Assembly: GCA_034521515.1 (NCBI GenBank)
Contig: JAXHMH010000002.1
Span: forward strand, 280,379-344,378
Direction of reading: 5' to 3'
DNA: 64,000 bases
From: Candidatus Saccharimonadota bacterium
Lineage (GTDB): Bacteria > Patescibacteriota > Saccharimonadia > Saccharimonadales > JAXHMH01
The position numbers and the translations under genes were made by a program. Shown piece by piece: positions 57,279 through 64,000 of the stretch. Position 1 is the first letter of the stretch; every line of letters begins with the position of its first letter. The notes beneath the pieces were generated by a model. The model did no database searches, was not told the DNA's origin, and was given only the letters and a program-made list of their open reading frames with translations.

Positions 57279-58381
57279 CGGTCGCGTTTCTCCAGAAACT
57301 CCACAAAACCGCGCAAAAAACGGCGCAAATCTTCCGGAATATCAATTTCATCCAACTGCTGTAAACACTCTGTTTTATAGTGTGACATCAACGCTTCTGT
57401 CTGGGATAACCCACCACTACGGTCAACGATATCGCGCACCTGTTGGGCTTGCTCTTTGGTAATATCAGGCTTGCCAACCAACTCGTTAAGTACTTGCTTA
57501 TCTTCGGCCGTGGCGCTAGAGAAAGCTAACCACATCGGCAGCGTTTTTTTGCCTTGTGATATATCGCCATCATTAGATTTACCGGTGTCATCAGGCTTGC
57601 CAAACAACCCAATTATGTCATCGCCGGTCTGAAACAATAGACCAAGCGTATCGGCTAGTTTTTCTAAGCCGGCTGGCGGGGGAACACCAGCAACTCCGTA
57701 GCCAAATAACAGTGGTAATTTTATAGAATATTTTCCAGTCACCCAGGCCATAGAGGTTTCTATACGCCCTTGGCTTAACTCCTCTGAGTCAAGCGGCAGA
57801 TAGTCCATTAAGAACTGGTCGTACCAACCCCAAGCTACTTCTTCCGTGGCCTCAATCAGTAAGCTTATGAGCTCAAGCTTGTTAGCGTTTGTCAGATGAC
57901 TGTTTAATACAATCTTATATGACCCAGCTGCAAGCAGGTCGCCACCAATAATTGCTAATGAATTACCAAAATGCTCCTGATCTGCCTTTTTACGGCACAA
58001 TTTGGCCAGATTTGCATGAACAGTTGACGCATTATAACGAACATCATCTCGATCAATAATATCGTCGTGAGTTAATAGAAACTTATGGAACGCCTCCAGT
58101 GCGAGATGAGGGGCGATATCTGACTTACCGAAGCTTGAGGCGGTCACATAAGCTAAAGCTGGACGGAACCGCTTACCTCCCTCTGTAGCAAACCGGCATA
58201 TTTTATCTCTTAACACGTCTTGTTCAGGAAACGAAGTCGCCAAGTACTGCTTAAGCTTCATATTCTGTTCCAATTGAGACACAGCATTTTTGTAGGTTGC
58301 CCAAAAGTAGCCCTGGCCAGATACGTTTTTTTCAGACTTTGACACGTTGTTGTCTTTTTTGTTTTGTGGGCTGGTCTTCAT
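57275..58381 (-). CDS. polyprenyl diphosphate synthase (short-chain, GGPP/FPP-synthase-like)
   Basis: GGKRFRPAL, first Asp-rich motif HDDIIDRDD, and a second motif FQTGDDIIG in which Gly replaces the usual third Asp. Confidence 0.75.
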   Translation of the reverse strand: MKTSPQNKKDNNVSKSEKNVSGQGYFWATYKNAVSQLEQNMKLKQYLATSFPEQDVLRDKICRFATEGGKRFRPALAYVTASSFGKSDIAPHLALEAFHKFLLTHDDIIDRDDVRYNASTVHANLAKLCRKKADQEHFGNSLAIIGGDLLAAGSYKIVLNSHLTNANKLELISLLIEATEEVAWGWYDQFLMDYLPLDSEELSQGRIETSMAWVTGKYSIKLPLLFGYGVAGVPPPAGLEKLADTLGLLFQTGDDIIGLFGKPDDTGKSNDGDISQGKKTLPMWLAFSSATAEDKQVLNELVGKPDITKEQAQQVRDIVDRSGGLSQTEALMSHYKTECLQQLDEIDIPEDLRRFLRGFVEFLEKRDR

Positions 58382-58399
58382 TACAGTAGATACTCTAGC

Positions 58400-59335
58400 T
58401 CAAAACCGGACTTTGCGCATCAGTTTATCGACCGTGTCTGGCGGACGATCTTCGTGCGGCAAGAAATTAGCAAGTGTCTCTACAATTTGATCGCCTTGCT
58501 CTGGCGGGAAATAGATTGTTATGCCGGGCATGAACCGTTTGAGCGGCATAAGCATAATCGACTCGATACCGCCTTCATCCTGAACAGTGAAGGTTCGAAA
58601 CATTTCATACGGATAATGATTTTGAGAAATAGTGATACCGCTGTCATCGATTTGATAATTTAGAACCTGTGGTTTACGCATCGCAAAAACTCCAAAAGTT
58701 ATCGCCACTACAATAATGACAATCGGCGTTATTAAATCACCAGTCAGTGCATAAAGACCGCCGGCCACTATCAGCGAAATAACGCCGAGAGCTACGTACC
58801 AGCCGGCGCCCTTATCATGGGCAACATATTCCGAGGCAGACCATTGGATCGCGGGTATATCGTCTTGAGTATCTGCACCAGCTTGATTGTTATTTGCTGG
58901 CGTCCAGGAAGGAGGGTTAGCCTCTGCCTGAGTTCTACCTGGCGGTTCTGTTGCAGGCTGGGTTTCATCCGCTTGAACCTGATTTGTAGCCGGTTGTATT
59001 GCCTCCGTAGCTGGTTTCTGCTCCATAGGTTGAGCTGGCTGAACTGGCTGTGTATCCTGCACACTTGAAGTATCTGTAGCATTATCAGCAGATGGTTGGC
59101 TATCTTGGCTTGATGCTGGGGTATTATTCGTGGCAGTTGGTTGTTGTATCGAAACATTATCCGTAGAAGACTGTTTTTCTGCCAAATCAGGGGTTGATGG
59201 TGCTGGCTGAGGAGACGGCTGCGCAGCAGGAGCGACCGGTTCTGGAGTCTTTGCCGGTTCAGTGCCGTTATTATCCGACTTATTAATGGGGTTGATTGTT
59301 TCACCTGGCTGCATACTAACCATATTGTACCGCAA
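58400..59335 (-). CDS. membrane protein with a P/Q/T/A-rich N-terminal region and a bacterial-PH-like C-terminal domain
   Basis: Two adjacent transmembrane helices (WYVALGVISLIVAGGLYAL, ITPIVIIVVAITFGVFA) followed by a ~90-aa domain. The family call is weak. Confidence 0.45.
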   Translation of the reverse strand: MRYNMVSMQPGETINPINKSDNNGTEPAKTPEPVAPAAQPSPQPAPSTPDLAEKQSSTDNVSIQQPTATNNTPASSQDSQPSADNATDTSSVQDTQPVQPAQPMEQKPATEAIQPATNQVQADETQPATEPPGRTQAEANPPSWTPANNNQAGADTQDDIPAIQWSASEYVAHDKGAGWYVALGVISLIVAGGLYALTGDLITPIVIIVVAITFGVFAMRKPQVLNYQIDDSGITISQNHYPYEMFRTFTVQDEGGIESIMLMPLKRFMPGITIYFPPEQGDQIVETLANFLPHEDRPPDTVDKLMRKVRF

Positions 59336-59563
59336 AGCCTTTTATGCTTACACCTCTTTACGAAACAGATGGAATACAAGCGGGTAGTTTGTTATAATCT
59401 ACTTCTGTTACAATCTGTAATTACAGCCCGGCCAATTGGCCAAACCAGGCAGCCTGCCCGCTGTTTGGAATTTTGAGAGGAGAAGACTTGTTTGGATAGC
59501 TATTTTTGCCGAGTAAACTTGTTTTGTCGGCGAATGAGCTATCCAAGCTTCACACTTCGACGA

Positions 59564-59869
59564 GGAGAGGTACCCAAGTGGCTGCTGCGTGAAACGTGAA
59601 TTGTTCGACGGTTTGCGGCAAACCAGATAAGGTAACAGGTATACTGCACATTACAATTCAAATACGGATAAATACCCGAGTGGCTGCTGCGTGAAACGTG
59701 AATTGTTCGACGGTTTGCGGCAAACCAGATAAGGTAACAGGTATACTGCACATTACAATTCAAATACGGATAAATACCCGAGTGGCTGCTCAAGTGAAAC
59801 GTGAATTGTTCGACGGTTTGCAGCAAACCAGATAAGGTAACAAGTATAATGCACGTACAGCTAGAATAC
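59564..59869 (+). repeat. three tandem 102-bp units, each beginning with a tRNA-Ser 5' acceptor/D-arm-like sequence
   Basis: The units span 59564-59665, 59666-59767 and 59768-59869. Unit 1 starts ggagaggtacccaagtggctg, identical to the first 21 nt of the adjacent tRNA. Units 2 and 3 start ggataaatacccgagtggctg. All three contain gacggtttgc, which also occurs in the tRNA anticodon arm. Confidence 0.95.
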
Positions 59870-59962
59870 GGAGAGGTACCCAAGTGGCTGAAGGGGACGG
59901 TTTGCTAAATCGTTAGGGGGTGGAAACACCCCGCGAGGGTTCGAATCCCTCTCTCTCCGCCA
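59870..59962 (+). tRNA. tRNA-Ser (anticodon GCT), CCA encoded
   Basis: Acceptor GGAGAGG/TCTCTCC, anticodon stem ACGGT/ATCGT, loop TTGCTAA, long variable arm, T-arm GAGGG TTCGAAT CCCTC. Confidence 0.9.
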
Positions 59963-59993
59963 TGAACCATATGGTTCATAGCTATGGTAGTAC

Positions 59994-60083
59994 GGAAGGG
60001 TGACCGAGTGGTTGAAGGTACTTGTCTTGAAAACAAGCGTGCCGGCAACGGTACCGTGGGTTCGAATCCCACCCCTTCCGCCA
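59994..60083 (+). tRNA. tRNA-Ser (anticodon TGA), CCA encoded
   Basis: Acceptor GGAAGGG/CCCTTCC, anticodon stem CTTGT/ACAAG, loop CTTGAAA, long variable arm, T-arm GTGGG TTCGAAT CCCAC. Confidence 0.9.
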
Positions 60084-60240
60084 TTCGACAAGCTCATGAC
60101 AAGCCCATTCGACAGGCTCATGGCAAGTCCATTCGACAAGCTCATCTTTCGACCCTGAGGCTCAAGATCGATGGGTGACAAGCCCGTTCGACAGGCTCAT
60201 CTTTCGACCCTGAGGCTCAAGATCGATGGGTGACAGGCCA
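60084..60240 (+). repeat. tRNA-Ser trailer repeats: two 24-nt units and two ~54-nt units, three of the four ending in CCA
   Basis: TTCGACAAGCTCATGACAAGCCCA (60084-60107), TTCGACAGGCTCATGGCAAGTCCA (60108-60131), and long units at 60132-60185 and 60187-60240. Confidence 0.95.
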
Positions 60241-60251
60241 GGAAGAAAATT

Positions 60252-60277
60252 ACCCGCCATGCAGGTGGGTTTTTTTG
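60252..60277 (+). terminator. rho-independent terminator of the tRNA-Ser operon
   Basis: ACCCGCC pairs with GGTGGGT (one G-U pair), followed by TTTTTTT. Confidence 0.75.
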
Positions 60278-60401
60278 TTTCTGTTGAAATGGTGGATATT
60301 AATTTAAATCCAAGCAAACAAGCTATTAGTCGATTCATACGGATAAACCGATCAATCAAAAAACACCCCTTTTGTTCACGATCGTGAACGGAGAGGGTAG
60401 T

Positions 60402-61064
60402 TTATTGTTTTTGGGCAAAGGCGGTAGCGTATACCTTTTTGGTGCCAGCTTGTTTAAGTTCTCTAGCAGCTGCTTCCAGAGTAGCCCCAGTGGTTGTTAT
60501 GTCATCAACCAACAGCACTGGTGACTTTATAACAGAAACTGGACGGAAGGCTCCTTGTAGCTGCTCAACTCGCGTCGTTTTATCAGATCCAACTTGCCGG
60601 CTGTGACCCTTCCTGGCCAACAAAGTTTTATGCCTTAATCCGCAACTGTTGGCTAACGACCTAGCAAGCAACTCTGCTTGATCATAGCCTCGCTGACGTC
60701 GCCTGCTAGTGGCAGTCGGCACATGAGTTACTAGAACATCCTTAGAAATATATGGCAGAGCCTCTATCATTAAACCGCTAATCACTTCCGCTGCAGCAAC
60801 TGTACGCTCAAACTTAAGCTTGTGGGTAAGATGGCGGGCGAGCGGAGTATAATCGGTGCGTATCCATACATGCTTTAACACTGATTTCTTTCGGCAACGC
60901 GAACAGGTTGCCGATTCTGTAGTCTGTGCCTGACACATATAACAACGTGGGGGCAGAGGATCGAATGCTTCAAACTCACACCACCTACACAGCAAGCTTC
61001 CTTCTTTCTTGCACAAGACACATCGATGAGGCGCCACCAAACCAATAAGCTTATCCACTATCAT
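60402..61064 (-). CDS. comF: ComF family protein (phosphoribosyltransferase-like, ComFC type)
   Basis: N-terminal Cys clusters (CVLCKK...CRWC, CYMC...CSRC) and the PRTase motif VLLVDDITTTGATL. Confidence 0.8.
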   Translation of the reverse strand: MIVDKLIGLVAPHRCVLCKKEGSLLCRWCEFEAFDPLPPRCYMCQAQTTESATCSRCRKKSVLKHVWIRTDYTPLARHLTHKLKFERTVAAAEVISGLMIEALPYISKDVLVTHVPTATSRRRQRGYDQAELLARSLANSCGLRHKTLLARKGHSRQVGSDKTTRVEQLQGAFRPVSVIKSPVLLVDDITTTGATLEAAARELKQAGTKKVYATAFAQKQ

Positions 61065-61089
61065 GTACGAGACATCGTACCATCAATCA

Positions 61090-61370
61090 CAAAGCTTCAG
61101 GCTTGAGTGCAGCATCCAGAGCCACGTGCTTGGTGGCTCTGCGCGGCGCAAATGAAGCACGGACCGGGTTCGTTGAACGAACACCGTAAGGCTCCGAACA
61201 GTGCGTCCAGAGGTTCAGGCTTGAGTGCGGTGTGGTCATATGACTGAGGAGGCGCAGTAAAGCGTACATTTAGTACGCTGCACGAGCACCGGAAGTCATA
61301 TGGCCGCAATGCGCCAAGAATATCGGCAGAGCTCGTGGCTCGGCCACGAGACAGACCGATATGACCTGAA
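61090..61370. other. GC-rich multi-hairpin intergenic segment (candidate ncRNA, strand unknown)
   Basis: Stems at 61120-61140 (GAGCCAC/GTGGCTC), 61168-61183, 61262-61278 and 61331-61349 (CTCGTGGC/GCCACGAG). The last of these is nested inside ATATCGG/CCGATAT at 61321-61361. The 15-mer ttcaggcttgagtgc occurs at about 61096 and 61213. Confidence 0.4.
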
Positions 61371-61508
61371 TCTCTGGGGTGTTGTTATTAATGTGTTGTA
61401 AATAATAGCTCAAACTGTTGCTACTCCGGCCCCATTCAAGCTATACTTACAACTAACAAAAAACGCAAACTGATTAACATATAATCTGAAACGTGGAGGG
61501 TACCACTT

Positions 61509-61997
61509 ATGGCGCGGAAAGATCGCGATGAAGATCTATTAATGGAAGACGAGCTGACAGCAGCTTTTCTTGGTGATGAAGATATGGCACCGGCACAAAC
61601 CGACAACGGACAACAAGCTCCTCAAGCGGGCGATGGCGGAGTTACAGAGGATTGGGACGAGGACGATGCAGTCCCAGGACAATTAGCAGTAGACGTATAC
61701 GAGACTAAAGAGAAGCTCGTCGTCAAAGCTCGAACTGCTGGCGTCAACAAGAGTGAACTAGATGTCAGTATCGCCGACAATACACTTAGTATCCGCGGAA
61801 CTCTGTCTGCAGGTAACGAGGAAGATGTTGAGAATTATTTTGTTCAAGAGTGTTACTGGGGCGAATTTAGCCGCAGCATCGCCTTGCCAGTACCCGTCAA
61901 AGAAGAAGAGATTGAGGCAGTCCTAAAAGACGGTGTGCTTACTATCAGCTTTACTAAGGTCAAGCAAGATACCGTCAAGAAAATTCAAATCCAGTAA
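61509..61997 (+). CDS. small heat-shock protein (Hsp20/alpha-crystallin)
   Basis: DVYETKEKLVVKARTAGVNKSELDVSI...GEFSRSIALP...GVLTISF. GGAGGG ribosome-binding site, and TATAAT at 61480-61485. Confidence 0.85.
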   Translation: MARKDRDEDLLMEDELTAAFLGDEDMAPAQTDNGQQAPQAGDGGVTEDWDEDDAVPGQLAVDVYETKEKLVVKARTAGVNKSELDVSIADNTLSIRGTLSAGNEEDVENYFVQECYWGEFSRSIALPVPVKEEEIEAVLKDGVLTISFTKVKQDTVKKIQIQ

Positions 61998-62021
61998 AAC
62001 AAACACTGATTACATAAAAAC

Positions 62022-62056
62022 ACCCGCAGCTACACGCAGCCGCGGGTGTTTTTATT
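62022..62056 (+). terminator. rho-independent terminator of hsp20
   Basis: ACACCCGC pairs with GCGGGTGT, followed by TTTTT. Confidence 0.8.
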
Positions 62057-62297
62057 TGGCGTGAGCACTTATTATAGCGTCAGCTTTAGTGACTATAATA
62101 TAGAACCACTGTGTCGCATGGACACCAGTAAACTACCCGTGTGAACCTCAGCTGAAACGTAAAAAAACGCAAACCATACATATAGACGCATAAACACCGG
62201 CTAAACCCAACAAAAGGCAGAATCAGAAGGTAGACTAGCCAAACATAAACCCCGCTAAAATTGAGCGGGGTTTATGATCTAGATCGAGTATTACTGT

Positions 62298-62717
62298 CTA
62301 GACATTACCGGCTACTTGGCCGAGCACGAACCGCACAATAATTTGCGCCAACGCTACCACGACTAGACCGACAATAGCATAGAGTATGGTGTTCTTAGCC
62401 CCAGTAACATTACCGGCATCACCGCCAGATATAATGTACTTAAGACCACCGATGATTATCATGATGACCGATACAACACCGACTACTAGTGAGAAAATAT
62501 TAATAACCAGCTGAATAAGATCCGAGACTCTTTCTTCTGCATTTGGATCAGCATCTGGATCGGTAGCTACGGCTCCTCCTGATAGACACTCCCCAATGCC
62601 GTCACAGTCTTGCAAGTTCTGTGCCCCTACGCCAGCTGGCGCAACCAATGCAAGTGGCGCAGCCAATAGACCAAAGATACCTATACTTAAAATCATCTGT
62701 TTCATTCTTCTCATCAT
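62298..62717 (-). CDS. VirB2/TrbC-like pilin paralog 1
   Basis: Signal peptide, two hydrophobic helices, and the shared motif IIGGLKYIISGGDAGNVTGAKNTILYAIVGLVV. Confidence 0.65.
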   Translation of the reverse strand: MMRRMKQMILSIGIFGLLAAPLALVAPAGVGAQNLQDCDGIGECLSGGAVATDPDADPNAEERVSDLIQLVINIFSLVVGVVSVIMIIIGGLKYIISGGDAGNVTGAKNTILYAIVGLVVVALAQIIVRFVLGQVAGNV

Positions 62718-62809
62718 TCTTTTTATGCCTTTCTTAGTTTGTTACTTACTTTATAGCAGGATTTCACATCTTAAACAACCCAAAAACATCATCTTATTGG
62801 CTTGTAGAC

Positions 62810-63187
62810 TTAGGAAAGCCTCCCAAGCACAAACCGCACCAATACCTGAGCAAGCGCGGCTATTACTAAACCGATAATCGCATATAAAATTGTGTTTTTG
62901 GCGCTGTTAATATTATTACTGTCACCGCTGGATATAATGTACTTAAACCCGCCAATGATGAGCATGATAACTGCAGCAATACCAACCACTAAGCTAAATA
63001 AGCTTATCGCGGTTGCAACAACACTTTCAACTTCCGGGGTACCACCAGGAGATAGGTCATCGACCCCACCACGAGCGCTGTCTATAGCAGACTGAGCCTG
63101 CACGGCAACAGTAAACAGGGCGCTGTATATTACCCCCAAGCTACTGGCCAACATAATTTGTTTAGTTTTATACTTTAGTTTCGTCAT
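62810..63187 (-). CDS. VirB2/TrbC-like pilin paralog 2
   Basis: Same architecture. Motif IIGGFKYIISSGDSNNINSAKNTILYAIIGLVI. Confidence 0.65.
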   Translation of the reverse strand: MTKLKYKTKQIMLASSLGVIYSALFTVAVQAQSAIDSARGGVDDLSPGGTPEVESVVATAISLFSLVVGIAAVIMLIIGGFKYIISSGDSNNINSAKNTILYAIIGLVIAALAQVLVRFVLGRLS

Positions 63188-63200
63188 CTATATATAGCTC

Positions 63201-63614
63201 CTATAATCTATTTAACACAAACAGTACAATAGCTTGAGCCATCGCTGCAACCGCCAGACCTACAATAGCGTAGAGTATAGTGTTCTTAGCTGCATTAATA
63301 TTGTTTGGATCTCCACTGGCTAGTATGTAGCGTAGACCGCCAATCATAATCACGACTACCGAGGCAAAACCTATAACGATACTTAGCAAGTTTAAAACTG
63401 TAGCTACTATACCGCCCGAGCCAAACACGCTTTCGGTTCCGCCGCCTTCACGGAGCTCTGTACAAAACGCCGCATCCGGGTTATCTTCACAGATCTCCTG
63501 ATTAAAACTTGTGCCTGCATTCTGAGATTGATCCTGTGCTTGCACGGGCAGAGCAGGGCTAAACAAAAACATGCTAGAAATTAGGCCTATGATTGTAAGC
63601 TTTACATATCTCAT
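63201..63614 (-). CDS. VirB2/TrbC-like pilin paralog 3
   Basis: The start MRYVKLTIIG gives a signal peptide. Motif MIGGLRYILASGDPNNINAAKNTILYAIVGLAV. Confidence 0.65.
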   Translation of the reverse strand: MRYVKLTIIGLISSMFLFSPALPVQAQDQSQNAGTSFNQEICEDNPDAAFCTELREGGGTESVFGSGGIVATVLNLLSIVIGFASVVVIMIGGLRYILASGDPNNINAAKNTILYAIVGLAVAAMAQAIVLFVLNRL

Positions 63615-63904
63615 AGCGCATCCAGCACAAAAGTTACAATCGCAAACGCCATTATACAAACCACCAGCCCAATAAGTGCATACAGTATGGTGTTCTTAGC
63701 CTTAGCCGTAGATTGCGGGTCGCCCATTGATAAAACATATTTAAGCCCAGCAATCATTATTATTATGACCGCTACCGCACCAGCCGTAGCAAATACAATT
63801 TGTAATACATTTTCCACAGTAGCATCGTTAAATGTTGCCTCTGGAATATTCACATCATCAGAGCTCAGTTGAGCCAATTTTGTAAGTGCTACCGGTATGT
63901 TCAC
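63611..63904 (-). CDS. VirB2/TrbC-like pilin paralog 4
   Basis: Motif MIAGLKYVLSMGDPQSTAKAKNTILYALIGLVV. GTG start with a 4-nt overlap with the upstream paralog. Confidence 0.6.
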   Translation of the reverse strand: MNIPVALTKLAQLSSDDVNIPEATFNDATVENVLQIVFATAGAVAVIIIMIAGLKYVLSMGDPQSTAKAKNTILYALIGLVVCIMAFAIVTFVLDAL

Positions 63905-64000
63905 GACAATATTGCTCCTGCTACAATATTTATAATTATAGTGCCTGATACGGCAATACCAAGTCCGATTAGCGCATTGATGATTGTGGTGCGGGCGCCT
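63901..64000 (-). CDS. VirB2/TrbC-like pilin paralog 5, C-terminal fragment (gene runs off the window end)
   Basis: Hand translation gives GARTTIINALIGLGIAVSGTIIINIVAGAILS followed by a stop, matching the C-terminal helix pattern of the paralogs. Confidence 0.5.
   Translation of the reverse strand, partial: GARTTIINALIGLGIAVSGTIIINIVAGAILS

Noticed and set aside
58792-59379. The 195-aa ORF in an alternative frame of 58400-59335, and the antisense ORF at 58817-59068
   Set aside because: They overlap the P/Q/T-rich low-complexity region. The 311-aa frame has transmembrane helices and a folded C-terminal domain, so it is preferred.
59539-60359. ORFs 59539-59883 (114 aa), 59861-60181 (106 aa), 59984-60178 and 60162-60359
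   Set aside because: They run through the 102-bp tandem units, two tRNA-Ser genes and the 24/54-nt trailer repeats. Their periodic peptide sequences (for example SSHSGIYPYLNCNVQYTCYLIWFAANRRTIHVSR repeated, or MSLSNGL repeats) are translation artefacts of the repeats.
61090-61370. RNase P RNA, tmRNA or SRP RNA identity for this structured region (and for 9600-10049)
   Set aside because: I looked on both strands for signature strings: GGAAAGTCC and ACAGAA..GGCTTA for RNase P, a tRNA-like GGTTCGA...CCA end for tmRNA, and GTCCGGAAGGAAGCAGC for SRP. Only weak partial matches turned up (GAACCCGG, CCGGAAG).
61400-61510. A ROSE-like RNA thermometer upstream of hsp20 (ctactcc at 61421-61427 could pair with ggagggta at the ribosome-binding site, leaving a bulged G)
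   Set aside because: A good TATAAT at 61480-61485 would place the transcription start only about 15-20 nt before the ATG. That excludes the proposed anti-SD segment from the mRNA, and the pairing is short.

Overview
This is a gene-dense bacterial window with a reduced-genome housekeeping profile. The gene content suggests a Patescibacteria/CPR organism, possibly Saccharibacteria-like. That placement is inferred from gene content only, since I could run no homology search.

Supported content:
- Translation, replication and repair genes: the rpsO-pnp operon, truB, rpsT, holA, mutM, a frame-broken polA, the dnaG-rpoD operon, argS, valS, tsaD, murE and orn.
- groES-groEL preceded by a CIRCE operator.
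- Cell-wall enzymes: a VanY/M15 peptidase, a class-A beta-lactamase-like hydrolase, two CapA-like proteins and an NlpC/P60 peptidase.
- A DNA-uptake block: a secreted DUF1524/HNH-type nuclease, ComEC, a lamin-tail-domain surface protein and ComF.
- A lipid head-group trio: CDP-alcohol phosphatidyltransferase, a PHP phosphoesterase and a CDP-archaeol-synthase-like protein.
- An isoprenoid trio: idi, a polyprenyl synthase and a terpenoid-synthase-fold protein.
- A tandem array of at least five VirB2/TrbC-like pilin paralogs.
- Four tRNAs: Ser-CGA, Arg-GCG, Ser-GCT and Ser-TGA.

The most unusual signals are non-coding:
- tRNA-Ser genes are followed by tandem units that each end in CCA.
- One tRNA-Ser gene is preceded by three 102-bp units, each starting with a tRNA-Ser 5' end.
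- The tRNA-Arg locus is surrounded by nested tRNA-Arg fragments. These carry a conserved ~73-nt two-hairpin insertion in the T-loop, and the two copies differ by compensatory stem changes.
- A ~0.8-1 kb hairpin-dense gene-free tract lies at 23.06-24.04 kb.
- Two GC-rich structured intergenic regions sit at 9.6-10.05 kb and 61.09-61.37 kb.

No rRNA, CRISPR array, integrase or transposase was recognised. All product calls rest on motif recognition by eye in the supplied translations.
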